Counted from the first letter of the stretch, positions 21,206 through 46,870 are shown. The stretch: 64,000 nt of DNA from Amoebidium appalachense (GCA_963693365.1 CAVNZM010000016.1:7449415-7513414), one strand, 5' to 3'. Program-made: numbers and translations. Notes: generated by a model not told the origin, from the sequence alone.

Positions 21206-21339
21206 TTTTTTTTTTTTTTTTTGGAAGGGGGGGAGAGAGAGAGAGAGGAGGGGAGGGGGAAGGGGAGGGGGGTGAGGAAGTGAGATCTTCGGGGGGAGAG
21301 AGGGGGGGGGGGGGGGGGGGGTTGGGGGGGGGGTGGGAC

Positions 21340-22110
21340 CACCCGCTCTTCCGGCTACACGCATGCCCGCCGGGCTCGCCCCTCTACCTCTTCCCTTCCC
21401 CATCGTCTCTGCCCATTGCCGAGCGTTATGTGGAATGGCTGGCGACCCCACCGGAGGTACGGCTAGATCATAGTGTGAATATGAATAGTTTCAAGTCTAT
21501 GGCTGATAGATATCTTTTTACTCTACGTGTTGAGTCCCTTCCGGTGTTAGGACCGCAAAAACACCAACTACTAGTAGCCTATATGGCGGATACGGTTAGA
21601 GAGTCTCGTTCATACATAGATTCGTTTATTCGTAATGTGGTGTGGTGTAAAAACGCAAAGATGATTATGGATTGGCGGTGTAATCGGTTTCTGGTGTCTC
21701 CTGCTCGTATGTGTAATATGTGTGGGGGGCGGTTTACTCGCGGCTGCATATCTATCAATAAGTGCAACCTGTTAGCTAACGTATTAGAACCGGAGGTTAT
21801 TGGCGGTTCTATTCTCTTTTCTTCCTCTCTTCCTCCATATGTCCGTTTTAAGATGACTATCCTAGATCACCTTATTAATGCTGCACAGTATGATATTGTG
21901 ATCCGGTGCCTTAACTTTCTTTCGGAGCTACCGATGCTAGCCTCTGCTTACCCATAATATGTAATAGGGGTGTCATATACTATGATGGCGCTCATTGTTG
22001 CTTAGCATGTACATATGCCACTGGCTGCATTTGATTGGCTGCGCTGGAAAACGCAGTAGGCCGTCGAATGTGGCTGGGCCTCCGGCAGTGTCCACGCAAT
22101 AAAAAGTGAG
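21340..22110 (+). mobile_element. 5'-truncated non-LTR retrotransposon 3' end
   Basis: Open frame to 21957 encoding DWRCNR...CNMCGGRFTRGCI..KCNLL...TILDHLIN, paralogous to the fragments at 11.2-12.3 kb. AATAAA near 22098. Confidence 0.6.
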
Positions 22111-22165
22111 TAAACCCCCGGGTGGGGGTGGGGGAGAATGGGCTCCGGTGGGGGGGCCCCGGGGG

Positions 22166-22241
<76 letters not shown>

Positions 22242-22493
22242 GGGGGGGGGGGGGGGGGGGGGGCGGAGGATCACTGGGGATCCGGAGATACGAGGGAACG
22301 GATTCGAATTGCGGGGGCCGGGCATATATGGAAATATTGGATAGCACCGCCTAATGATCCTCGCCCGATTCCGGAGCTCCACTGCGCCATCGCATGCGCA
22401 GGCCTGGGCATACATGGTCCAGATCCCTTATGCATGAAGGAAAAGTTCCTGACAAACCCCAGCGCTGTGCCGGGCCCCCGTCCCCTCCTCCCA

Positions 22494-22524
<31 letters not shown>

Positions 22525-23509
22525 GGGGCCTCCAACACGTGACTCGACGTAACATGTGCGATCTGTCGGCCCTCATGAATGACGCATACAAGCGCGCCCT
22601 GGCAGCACCCTGTTTCGGTACGGCGCCATATACAGGGCGATCCAGGGTTGGGCTGGGGGTGGCCAGCTTAACCGTATTGTCTTTGACCAATCGTAACGGA
22701 CAGTTTCTTAATCGTAACGAGGGGGTTCTTGGGGATCTGCAAGCCCAGCCAAAAACGCCCCTCCAGTCACAAAACTCAAAATACGCGTTTTTATAAATGT
22801 AGTATTGCAAAATTACAAGCCCTGGACACTTGTCGGGGTTCGATATTGCTCATGAGAAGCGCTGTAGATATGTTCTTGAACAGAAATATTGAAAAAATTA
22901 GGTACAGTTAGATATCAGGGGGCCTTAAAGCGTTTAAAATGCTATACATCTGATACGAAAGCTGTTACGACGGCACCCTAACCTTATTCGTATGGGGGTC
23001 TTTCGTTAATCGTATTTACGACGATTTTTTTTCGTAATCCCCCCGCCCCCTGGGGCGATCATGATTCTGATTGGTGGACTTACTTAACTGCCAAATATAG
23101 CAAGTGTTTTTACGCATCGGCGCATTACTATTTGCTGTAAATCATGCATGCGACCTGCAACATCACTGGCATCTTCGATGAACACAGAAAAACTTTTCAT
23201 TCGGCACACAAGTTTCACTTTTGTTTCACGGCCTATATACTCGCCGGTAGCATGAGTTTTCTTGCAGCGTTTGCTCCCGTTTTAGCCTTTTCCCTCCATC
23301 CCCTCCCTTCGTAACTGCAAGCTCATTCTCTTGTGGCACACAAGCAGCAGTAGGCGCTTGTCTTGCGTACGCCTTCTTTTCTCCCGCATACACCGCATAC
23401 ACCCCGAAGCTGGGCTAGGATCCCAGCTACGCATAGCCAGCAGCACACAGACGCAGAAAGAGGTGCACAGAACCGTAACTTTGCTCCCTCAGCTGCCACC
23501 ACCGCAGAC

Positions 23510-35128
<11,619 letters not shown>

Positions 35129-35952
35129 TCTGTGTGTGTTAGTTATGCTCGGCTGATATGATTAATGTTTTAGGGTTAACCCCACCAACGTGTTATGGAA
35201 TGTTGGAAAAGCATGTTCATAGCTTTATACATATTAACGTCTGCATGTTTCATGATGATACTTTGCTTTTGTGCAGCAAATCGCGTGCACTTGCCGTGCA
35301 CATTGCAATATCTCTTAACGTGCATTGATTTGCCCAACTTCCCATAAGTACTGCATATATATGTGGGCGCCTTGTGCAGGGCACTCTGTAGTGTTATCCG
35401 TGTTGTTTTGCATGTTTTTAGTATTCGCCAGGCACATATGATTGTGCCTGAGACAAAGTCGTTGATTTAGCACCTAGAATTCCTGAAATCGATGTACCAA
35501 TTTCTGCCACATGCCGTGGCTACCTAAACAACACTCACCTTATACATCACGGTGCATCACGGGGCCCAGCAACCTGGTCCCCCCCCCCCCCCCCCCCCCC
35601 CGCCCCCCGTCCGCCTTATGATGACGTCATCATGGTAGGGCACTTGTCGAAGGCTTTTGACTGCTGCTGGGGCCTTTCCTACTTTCTTGACTTCGAGTGT
35701 TTTTGAAGATATACGTGGCATATATACAGAGGCTTTCCAGTCTCTTCAGTGCGTATGTATCCCTTATTATGACGTGCCATATATTCGTTGTTCACTGTAG
35801 TTTTATTTGTAACCTCTTCACGCACCAGCGGCTTGCTTGTGACTAGTGGGACGGTTGTGTGACGTCGACACCGTGTCACTGTGTCTCCGCCGCCTCGGAG
35901 GCACTGCCACTCACAGGCAGTACCTGAGCACGCGGGGGAACGAGGTGGCGCC

Positions 35953-38127
35953 ATGGCAGCGGGTGGGGGGGTTGGTCTGGTGCACGCGAACATCCTCGTG
36001 TACGCGCTGGCATACTGGCTGTGCCAGCCCGTGCTGCCCTTCCTGGCCGCAGACCTGGGCGCAGACCCCGTGACCTTCGGCTACCTGCAGACTGTGTTCT
36101 CGCTCGTCCAGCTGGCAGGCGGGCCCATAGTCGGCCGCCTGTGCGACGTGAAGGTGCGCGTGTGTGTTCGTGTGTGTGCACGTGCAGCCGTGCATATGTG
36201 TGCATGCGTTGTGTTTGTGTGCGTGTGGTGACGTGCTTACAGGTGCAACTGCGCAGAGTTGCGTACACCAACAGGTACACGTGTTTCTGTGTGAGGTGTC
36301 TGCAGGCGTGCTTGTTTGCTTCTGCGTGGGTGCCTGATTGCGTACATTGCACACACGCGGCTCCCTCGCTCCCTCCCCTGCTCGCTCGATCCCTCCCTCC
36401 CTTCTCACCCTGTCCCCCCCCCCCCCCCCCCCCCCCCCCCCTCTCCCCGCCTCCCTCCCTCCCTCCCTCCCTCCCTCCCTCCCTCTCTCTCATCCTCCCC
36501 CCTCCCTCCTTCCCTCCCTAGTCCCTCCCTCCCTCTGTCTATTCTCACACACACACACTTTCTCTCTTCCTCCCCCCCCCCCCCCCCCTCCCTCCCCCCT
36601 CCCCCCTCTTTCCCTCCCCCTCCCCCTCCCTCTCCCCGCCCCCCTCTCCCTCCCCCTCCCCCTCTCGCTTTCCCTCTCTCTGCCTCTCCTTCTTTCTCTC
36701 CCTCTCCCTCCCCTCCCCCCCCTCCCCCTCCCCTCCCCCCCTTCCCCCCTCTCCTCTTCCCCCCCCCCCCCCCCCCTGCCCCTCTCTCTACCTCCATCTT
36801 TCCCTCCTCCCCTTCCTCCCTCCCTGCCTCCGTCTCTCTCTCCCTCCCTCTTTTCCCTTTTCCCCCGTCCCTATCTCCTTCTCTTCTTCTCTCACTCTTT
36901 CTCTCTACACCTCCCCCCCCCCCCCCCCCAAAAAAAAAAAAAAAAACTCCCCCCCCCCCCCCTCTTCTCGCACTCATCTGCACATCTCTCCCTCACCTCC
37001 CTCCTCCCCCCCTCCCCCCCCCCCCCCTCTCTGCTCCCCCTCCCGCCCCTCCCCTCATTCTCTCTTACCCGCCGTCTCTTGCTTTCCCCTCTCCCCTCTT
37101 TTCTTACTCTCTCTTTCCCTCTTTGCCCGCCTCCCCTCCCCCCCCCCCCTACTCCCCTCCCCCCCCATTTCCTTTTCCTCTTTCTGTCTCTCCCCCCCTT
37201 TGCCCCTCCCTCCACTCTAAACCCCCCCCCCCCCCCCAGGAGAGTCGTATATACGCGGGCTAAGGGGTCGAAACTCAGACGCAATTGATGACTTGGACCC
37301 TCCCTGAGGATGGGCTCTGCTTATGACGCATACTGTGCGCATGGCTATGTTGCATACTTGAATGTTTTTTGCATGTGTCCTTCGTGTATGCGTACTTCGT
37401 ACCGTGTTTCGCATTCAAACCCCCCTCCCCCCGCACACACACACAAGCTCTCACTCTCGCTCCCTCTCTCTCTCACTCTCACTCTCTCTCTCACTCACAC
37501 ACTCTCGGCCCCTCCTGTTTCTTTCCCCCCCCACTCCTTTGGCTACCTCTCTGTACCTGTTCCTGTGTGGTTTTTGTGTGTAGACGCAACTGTTTGGAGG
37601 GGGAAGGGGGATTAAGGGAAAGTGAGAGGGTTAACTGTGTATACGGCTGTCGGGTGACGCTCATTTGCATGTTTGCGTGTGTTGTGTGTGTGAGTCACGA
37701 CTACATGCACATATTCCCTGGCAATGTGTTCGTAGTTACTTGTTTGTTTCTTCTGCCGGCACCAAGACGGAACCGTTTGTAAGTGTCTGTTTTTGTGCAA
37801 GTAGATGCATTTGTCTGTGTACGTGAGCTTGTGTGTGTTTCGATGCTGCCTGTGTGTGTAACCACTTTGTGTGCAGGTCGTCTTTTGAAGCGTTGTGCGT
37901 GTTGTATACCCCTTTTACCTGCCCTGTTATTGCCCGTTTCGTCTGCAGTATGGAACTGGTATGCATGGGGCATGTAGGAAGACTAGGAGGTAGTGCTGTG
38001 TGCTGGTGGGGTGGTTGTGTGGGGGCGAGAAAGCAAGAGTGACTGAGGGAGGAGATGGGGGGAGCTACGTAGGCAGGAAAGGGCCAGCAAGACGAAAAGG
38101 GTCCATGTGTATGTTCACTAGTGCTGG

Positions 38128-38169
<42 letters not shown>

Positions 38170-39532
38170 CATGTTGGCGAGAACTTCGGAATATGGTGGG
38201 CCAGGAGGGGTGGGCCGATTCCGGTTCTGCACAGTCTATGGTGTTTGCTGAGACGATGGTGGTGGTCATGCTGGTTGTATAATGCAGGGGTGGCAGTTAG
38301 CTCAAGTAGTGCCGTGCGTGCGTGCATGTGTGCATGTTTTTGGGGAGGGGAGAGTATTTGTGCTGGGGGGGGGGGGGGGGGGGGGGGGGGGGAATAGTAA
38401 TTCGAGAGACAAGGACATCTGTCCTTTTCACATTCTGCCACACATGTCCCCATTGCATACTTACACATGTTTACTTGCTGCCCCCCTGTGTGCCTACCCA
38501 TCCGTGTGCTTACCACCCATCTGTGTGCAGGGTGCCCGGCTGGCGTTGGTGCTGTCACAAGGCGGGGCGTGTGCCAGCTATGTGTTGCTGGGCCGGGCCA
38601 GCAGTGTGCCGTGGCTGTTTGCCAGCCAGGCCCCCACACTGCTGATGCACGCCATGCATGCAGCCCAGGCCGCCATCACCGTGCTGGCCAGCGACAGTAT
38701 CCGTGCGGCGGCGCTTGGCCGGCTGAGTCTAAGCTATGGCGTGGGCATGGTGCTGGGCTCGGCCCTGGGCGGGACCCTGAGCGTGCAGCTGGGCCACTCT
38801 GCCGTGGCCTATCTGGCCGGCCTGCTGTCGGCCCTGGCCGTGGCCGGGGACCTGCTGCTGTTGCCCGACCTGCGCAGCGCCCAGCCGGCAGGCAGGCGGG
38901 AGGAGGGCCTGCAGCTGGGCGCCATTGTGCAGCTGCTGCGGTCGGGCGACGTGGGGCGGCTGGTGGGGGCGCAGCTGCTGCTGGGGCTGGGCCTGAGTGT
39001 CTACAGTAAGACCCTACCCGTGGCCCTGCAGACGGCATACGGCCTGGATGCCCAGACCATAGGCCGCCTGATGAGTGCCGGCGCCGTGGTGGGGGTGGTG
39101 GCCAACAGTGTGCTGGTGGGCTGGGCCACGCAGACATATGGCGAGGGCCCCACAGCACTAGGGGCCACATGCCTGCTGGCAGCCTGCCTGGGCTGCCTGG
39201 GGTCGGTGCAGGGTCTGGGCGGGGTGCTGGGGCTGACGCTGGGCATCAGCGGGGCCAGCAGTGTCGTCTACACGGTCTACACCAGCCGCATGGCCGCAGC
39301 GGCAACAGGCAGCCAGGCAGGCACAAGCATAGGCCTGGCCCACGCCACACGCACACTGTGTGGGGTGGTCGGGCCTACCCTGGGGGGGTATGTTCTCACT
39401 TATGCCGGCGTGGGGGGGGTTGGTGCGCTGGCATCGGCATGTTGTTTGGCCACGGTGGCTTTGGAGCACGTGCTGGGACAGGACAGGCCCATCAAGAGGA
39501 AACTGAGTGACGGACAGGTTGGGAGTGACTAG
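35953..39532 (+). CDS. SLC22A18: Major facilitator superfamily transporter, SLC22A18 / TetA-like, ~400 aa
   Basis: Exons 35953-36153 (AAG|gtgcgc) and 38531-39532 (gcag|GGT), phase 0. LPFLAADLGADPVTFGYLQTVFSLVQLAGGPIVGRLCDVKGAR (MFS motif A), RAAALGRLSLSYGVGMVLGSALGG, and about 12 hydrophobic segments. Confidence 0.9.
37262..37425 (+). repeat. Dispersed short repeat family, copy in the MFS gene intron
   Basis: GGTCGAAACTC...CCCTGAGGATGGGCTCTGCTTAT...GTACTTCGTAC...CGCATTCAAACCCCC matches the reverse complement of 6296-6440. Confidence 0.65.
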
Positions 39533-39840
39533 TAAACTGCAAGGTTGGTGCAAATGACATGTACTGCATCTTCCTGTCTGATGTATATAACACTGCCGTC
39601 TAGCTGCATTATGGTTTGCACTGCCTCATATCTATCGGCTAGCGAATAGTGATATTTTTTGTATCACCTGGATCACAGCTATTTTTTTTTATTTTTTTTT
39701 GTGAATGAACTGTACAGGGGTTATTCAGATTTAATTGTATTGATGCTTAAAGATATCTAGCTATAGCGCTATATTTTTAGGGAAAAATAAGGTTTTGGGC
39801 GCTAAGAGGGCTGGGGGAAAAATAGATAACGAAGGTGTGT

Positions 39841-39894
<54 letters not shown>

Positions 39895-41321
39895 GTCTGT
39901 GACTTCCCTGTGTACATGTTGAACATGTCAAGCAATAAATTACTAGATTCTCTATTTAGCTAGACGACGGTCATGATCAAAAAAAAATTTTTTAAAACAA
40001 CAACCCAACCACACTCTCACTGACACCCCGACACACACACACACACACATACACACACATACTCATACACACACACACGGACACACAAAATAAACTCGTA
40101 TGAGTGCAGTGGTAAGAACCGTAATTACCATGGTGGGCATTCCGATTGAGGCCATTTGTGAACGGCGCCTCATGCAGTACGGCCTCTTGGCGCGACTGCC
40201 CTGGCCATGGCTGGTTCAATCAATTTCCTCCAGATGATCGTGTCTCAATTGCAACTTCAAGGACCACCCGGACACTGCTTGTGTGCTCAGTTATTCTGGT
40301 GTTACGCAATTGACCAATTTCAGATCTATAATTGATGGGCGGCGACTCAAAAGTTGGGCTTAGATCTACTATGTAGGTCATAGTCCAAAGTCATTTAAAG
40401 TACATAAAGTCCAAAGCTTCAATAGAAAACAGGTTTTGTATGTAGAAACAAAGAGTTGGTAGAGCAAAAACCGCGTTAAGTCGATATAAGCAACATATAA
40501 CTGATAATGGGAAAAATTGTAAAGTTTACAATTTCGATGTACATGTAGGGTTACGCAATTAAACGGTTGCCGAAAGAGCCACTGAGAGGCCTCAGGTGAC
40601 CCCCTTCCACCCCTGCCAGTAGTCACGCTCTGAAGACAAAAGCCAAGCGTAATGCAGCGTGGATGCACACTAAGCAAGCAATATGATAGTCCAGGAGTGT
40701 GTTACTCATATTATGAAGTCAGTCTCAGATACACGACCTTTGACTGTTTCTCCTTATCCTTTAATTCCTTCTTGGTGTGTCACCAGGCTCCAGTCACACA
40801 GTGTCTGGCAACCGAAAGCATGCCCTTCGTTCACATTGTGTACAGATTAACAAGCGAAATATACATTTGGGGGGGCAGGGTGGAAGTGAATAAAACAATT
40901 GAATGCACCGAAAACGTGTCCAAACCATTAATCAACGCCGTGGATTAATACTCAAAGCCTGACGGGATAGGGGCTAAATGATAGTGATTCGAGTTGATAC
41001 TGTAACAAAATATTGGTCACTCCAAGATGAAAATTCCCTCCACGGAAGGTATTAAGATTACACATCATCAATAAATGAACACGTTATCAAAGTTACTAGT
41101 AATATCCTCTAAGAAGGTATTAGATTATTACGTCGGACTACAATTAGTCATAACATTCTCAATCTAATACCTGCTGCAGAGGGTATTAGCTTTTGATCTC
41201 GTACTAGAATATCAAGCAAAGTGGAATATAATACCTTCCACACAGGAGGGCATTAGCCTTAAACGACGCATCTAAATGATGAGCAATCTTTATCTTTGAG
41301 CATACGGTAATGATATCAGGT

Positions 41322-41451
<130 letters not shown>

Positions 41452-41500
41452 GTGTGCACAGAATAATAATTCAATTTCATTCATATATATGCATATGATG

Positions 41501-41534
<34 letters not shown>

Positions 41535-41579
41535 TGTGCGCAGGATAATAATTCACTATTTCATTCATCATGATATGAT

Positions 41580-41673
<94 letters not shown>

Positions 41674-42243
41674 ACACACACACACACACACGCACACACG
41701 TACACGCACACGCACACACCATACACACACCATACACACACCATGCACACACCATGCACACACACACACACACAATGTACTGCAATTCTTCTGCATTCGT
41801 GCAATGTTGCTCTGAAACAGAAATCATCCATACATATGATGGCCATGCATGAATGCAGCAATTACCGTAAGAACAAAATATAAAATGAACTATAGTCCAC
41901 CAAAAGAGGAACCTACTGTGAAACTCTTACTTTCTATTAGGAATGTGATTGAATTTCGGAATAACTCGTGCTGGTGGCGGTGGCCGTGCTGTATTTTTAC
42001 GGGCAGGTTTAAGCTGCAGGCTGACATTGTCGTCATATGAATAACCGAATCCCGGAATAACGCGCGCTGGTGGCGCTGGCCGTGCCACTTTCTTACGTGC
42101 AGGTAGAAGCGGATTGCCATCGTCGTCAGATGATGCAGATCTCTTTCTGGCAGACCCTGCAGACAAGGGTGTACGACGGTCAGTGAGGTGTGAGATTCGT
42201 GTGTCACGTGTGTCACTGTTTGTGTGTGTCTGTGTGTGTGTCC

Positions 42244-42342
<99 letters not shown>

Positions 42343-42599
42343 CACTGTGTAGTTCTATGAGTGCTCAATCCTTTTGACTAGGTGTTTGGGGGAGGGAGAG
42401 GGGGGAGGGGGGAGGGGGGGATCATCACCCTAATTCAGAATCATCACCCTAATCCAGAAACTCAATTCAAGTAAACCAACGGTGATAATATACCATGTCA
42501 TTGAATGGAAATTATTTTGGCAGGTTAGACTGGTGTGAATCAAATTATGTTCGTACACATATGTGGGTTGTGGTTTCCTCCCGTGGAGGGGAACCCGGG

Positions 42600-42600
<1 letters not shown>

Positions 42601-42636
<36 letters not shown>

Positions 42637-45070
42637 GATGGAGGGAGGGGGGGGGGGGGGTTGGTTGGTGGCGTTGGTGAAAAAAAAGGGCGTTTCTTTC
42701 TTAGCGTTGGAAGGAAGGGGTTGGGGAGGAGGGGGGGCAATGACAAACTCAGTACATGATGTATTTGGTGTGTGTTCAAGGCTTGCACACACATTGTGTT
42801 TTTCTTTTTTACGGGGGTTTTTTTTTTTTTTTTTTTTTTTTTTCCGTTCCCGTTATGTTTCTCTGATGGATTGGACGGGGAGGGGTCACCGTGGGAGAGA
42901 GGAGGGGAGGTGAGTCACCATTATTGACGTAACCATCTTTGAACTGCCCATCTTTCTTCTCCTCCTCCTCCTCCACCTCCTCCTCCTCCTTCTCCTCCTC
43001 TTCCATTTCCTCCTCTCCTTCTACTTCCTCCACCTCCTCCACCTCCTCCTCCTCCATTTCCTCCTCTCCTTCTACCTCTTCCTCCTCCTCCTCCTCCTCC
43101 TCCTCCTAGAGTCCGCTGTGACTAGGGTCGTCGTGGCGCGCTTGGGCGCTGACCCGTTTTTTTCACTGCTTTCAGTGTGTTAACTCCATGACTGAACTCC
43201 ATGTCTGAACTCCATCATGACTGAACTCCATGTCTGCACCTGGCAGAGACGTGGCTTATATACCCGTGGGGCAGCAGTCTGGAATGTAATCCGGATGCCA
43301 GGTGCTAATCGGATTGGTTACTTTCATTTAGAGATCTCTGGGACCAGTGAACCAATCGTTTGCAGTCAAAACACAATTGGCAACATTCCTCAACTATGCA
43401 GATGTGCATGTGGTGATCGAGTGTCAGCGTGTGTCTGTGTACACGGAACCAATTGTAAAGCTAACATACACATATTGTGGAGTGAGCGTAAGTCTGCACT
43501 CCAACACCCCTACCCAATTGGAGAAGTGTACACACCACTGTAGAGAAGAGAGAGTGAGTGTGGCTGCTTGCAGGGTAGACCGGGGTGTGCATTCCACTGT
43601 GGTGCGTGCCCCGCGAATGAAGTGGAATACTTGACGTTGATGTCGCAGGCTGCTGCGGATGGAGTTTGTGGAAGCGAAAGTCTCTACTTCACGGAAATAC
43701 GCTCGCGGGTGTAGGGTACAGCCTAGAAGTCGGTTTCTGGCTCCTCCGTTCAAGGCGTCGTAGGGGACGTGAAGTTAGAGGCCGCGGTGTCGTGTCTGGG
43801 CCCATAACCCTGTTGGACAGTGTGTTCATAGAAGCTAGTTCTAGTGCACGTTGTTCCTTCTGTAAGTCAGAAATGATTGCATCTTGTGAGGCCAACCTCT
43901 GCTCCAGTAGTTGGACTAGTTGCTGCAACTGTAAGTTGTCAGACATAGTGTCGTGTATGATGGGTAACTAGTCTATGTGTTTTGTGCACTGAAAACGACA
44001 GTAGAAAAGTGTAAATCAAACGTTCTGCTTCCCATGTTTGTGACATGGGAGGCACTGCTTTATATAGTCGTTGGCCACCTCATGGTGGCCTCGTGTGCAC
44101 CCTGGTGGTGGGCCATGTACAGCATGGCCGAAAAGAGAGCACAATGAAAACAAGTCGTTAAAGATATAAAAGTTAACTGTGCACGTTGAGTGGCTAGTTA
44201 ACTTGCACTAAAGCACACAAATAAACGTGTTTAACACACCAATTGCAGTTAAACGTAAATCTTACTTCACACAACTAAAAATATTCTGAGAATATCCGGG
44301 AATAAAGCACACTACCACTCTAAGAATAGAATCCTGTGGCAAATATAGACATGACATCATCTGAACCGGGAATATTAATTAATGAGCACAATTAGCACGT
44401 TGCTAGTGAAGCTCGTCATTGGTACAGTTTTGGCTCAAACATATAACTACCATATATGAATATGACCGTAAACAAAAGCTCTATGCACTCGAGTGAGTGT
44501 TGAAACAATTATTCAATTGCTCAGAAACTTTCTCTAACAGACATTGCTAGCCGGGAGTACCAGTGTACTCCAACAGGGGGGGGGGGGGGAGATGGAGGAG
44601 GGGGGGGGGGGGGGGGTTGGTTGGTGGCGTTGGAGAAAAAAAAGGGCGTTTCTTTCTTAGCGTTGGAAGGAAGGGGTTGGGGAGGAGGGGGGGCAATGAC
44701 AAACTCAGTACATGATGTATTTGGTGTGTGTTCAAGGCTTGCACACACATTGTGTTTTTCTTTTTTACGGGGGGTTTTTTTTTTTTTTTTTTTTTTTTCC
44801 CCTTCCCGTTATGTTTCTCTGATGGATTGGACGGGGAGGGGTCACCGTGGGAGAGAGGAGGGGAGGTGAGTCACCATTATTGACGTAACCATCTTTGAAC
44901 TGCCCATCTTTCTTCTCCTCCTCCTCCTCCTCCTCCTCCTCCTCCTTCTCCTCCTCTTCCATTTCCTCCTCTCCTTCTACTTCCTCCACCTCCTCCACCT
45001 CCTCCACCTCCATTTCCTCCTCTCCTTCTACCTCTTCCTCCTCCTCCTCCTCCTCCTCCTCCTCCTCCTC
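42601..45070. repeat. ~500-bp direct segmental duplication (42601-43107 and 44576-45070)
   Basis: Near-identical sequence from GGAGATGGAGG through GTCACCATTATTGACGTAACC into the (CCT)n tract. Confidence 0.9.
43424..43946 (-). pseudogene. Intronless frameshifted ORF, possibly retroelement gag-like
   Basis: ATG 43946 MSDNLQLQQLVQLLEQRLASQDAIISDLQKEQRALE (coiled coil), continuing in another frame as HPRAYFREVETF...RQVFHFIRG. TATA-like CTATATAAAG about 115 bp upstream on the minus strand. Confidence 0.35.
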
Positions 45071-45471
45071 CTCCTCCTCCTCCTCCTCCTCCTCCTCCTC
45101 CTCTTCCCCCTCCTCCTCTTCCCCCTCCACCTCCACCTCCTCCTCCGGTTCCTCCTCCTCATCCTCCACTTCCTTCACCTCTTCCACCAGTCCTCCTCGT
45201 CCGACGACATGCCTGCATTGACAAAGTAACAAAAATCAGCATTTCGAGTGGCAATCCTGTAAAAATACGTAACTGCTTGTGGGGCATGTGTGTAACCGTG
45301 ACCCTTTGAGGCAAAACCCCAGATTGGAGGAAAGAGAATTTCTTATTGAACGGAAGCGTAGACCCTTGCATAAGTGTATGAATTTAGCCTAAGTATGCGG
45401 CAGCCTTTAAGTTTCTTTTGGTGTCACGGTGTGTGTGTTGAGTGTGTGTATGTGTGTGTGTGTGTGTGTGC

Positions 45472-45534
<63 letters not shown>

Positions 45535-46496
45535 CATGTGTGTGTGTGTATCTGTGACTGTGAAAGGAGACGGAGGGGGGGGGGGGGGGGGGGTGATAAT
45601 GTTGGTGCTTATCTTTCGTTATAATTTGGCAAGTATTATTATTATTGGGGGGGGGGGGGGGGGGGGTCCCACCTTCCTCAGGCCGACCGTCTGGCAGCGC
45701 ATCTTCCGGCTCCTCGTCAGTTGATGATTCTGCAGCAAGAAACGTAAACCATATTAATAAGGAGTAAACGGGGGAAGAGGAGGAGGTGGGAGGGGGGGGG
45801 GAGGGGGGGGGTGTGGTGGGGAGGAGGGGGGAGGGGGGCGAGGGGAGAGGGGGGAGTTGGGGGGGAGGTGAGGGGGAGGGACAAAATGATGTGCCGGTGC
45901 ATGCTGTGTAGGTGTGTGAATGTGTGTGTGACATGGTGTGTGCAGGTGGGGAAGGGGGATGGGTTATGGGGCGATGGGGGGATAGGGGGATGGGGTATGG
46001 GGCGATGGGGCGATGGGGGGATGGAAGGGGGGGGGGGGGGGGGGAGTAGCCAAATAAAGCAATTCGAAAAAAGTGCTTGAAGGAGGTTGCAAGCTACTTT
46101 TGGGTTTTGAGACCTTTAGTGAAAATTTGTCGGTTTTTCCACATACATTTTGGGGAAATCTATTTCTTTTTTAATCAATAGAACTAGATCTTAAACTAGA
46201 AATGTGCAGGCTTTAGACCCTCTCGCTTTTGAACTAAAACAATTTTTTTTTAAGTCATATATCTCGACTCCGCTGGTGTTGCTAAAACATGCCTGGTTTT
46301 TCGTGTTTGCATGGTGTAATGGGCCTGTAACAGGGCCAGTTACTTGAGACAGAATTGTTGTAGAATAAATTTTATTGTGAGGTCATTCGGCTCATTGAGG
46401 CCCGGCTTTATGTTTAAAAAGGCAAAGCCAGAATAACAAACATCCCGACTTGCTTTGAAGATTTAAAGATTACACGTTCGGTGACGTATGCCTGCT

Positions 46497-46870
46497 GTGA
46501 ATATGCCACCAGGGCCTTTGAACTTACATAACAGTAACTATGTACACGTATATGTCTTGTCTCCTGCTCAGAATCTTGACGGCCTACATCATTACAGAAT
46601 ACAATTCAAAAAAGATCAACACAGCCGGCATACGCCACCGAACGGATGCTATCAGCATAATCTTTACTCACTATATCAAGTATCTTTAGAATGCAAAGTC
46701 TCATTTGTCATAACAAATTATCAGCTATTTACAATGAAAATGCCACCAGGGTCTTTGAACTTACATCACAGAACGATGCAAACGATGCACACGTATATGT
46801 CATGTCTGCTACTCAGAATCTTGACGGTCTACATCATTACAGAATACAGTTCAAAAAAAATCAACACAGG
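46497..46870. repeat. ~130-bp diverged direct repeat just downstream of the methyltransferase stop
   Basis: ATGCCACCAGGG..TTTGAACTTACAT...CTCAGAATCTTGACGG.CTACATCATTACAGAATACA.TTCAAAAAA.ATCAACACAG at ~46497-46625 and ~46735-46870. Confidence 0.8.

Larger units (their letters stand above)
41927..45729 (-). pseudogene. Disrupted spliced gene for a very acidic (poly-Glu) protein with a basic, internally repeated C-terminus
   Basis: Candidate exons 45729-45673 (ESSTDEEPEDALPDGRPEE), 45212-44875 (poly-E, ending KKDGQFKDGYVNN, needs a 1-nt frameshift), a duplicate of that exon end at 43107-42919, and a last exon 42156-41927 (GSARKRSASSDDD..PARKKVARPAPPARVIP..PARKNTARPPPPARVIP..*). 5' exons not identified. 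Confidence 0.5.

Noticed and set aside
22630-23060. Possible TIR element upstream of PDK (repeated AATCGTAACG)
   Set aside because: The ends do not form a convincing inverted repeat and there is no TSD.
42601-45070. The ~500-bp direct repeats as LTRs of a retrotransposon
   Set aside because: No TG...CA ends, PBS/PPT or TSD are visible, and the repeats consist of exon and intron sequence of the acidic gene.
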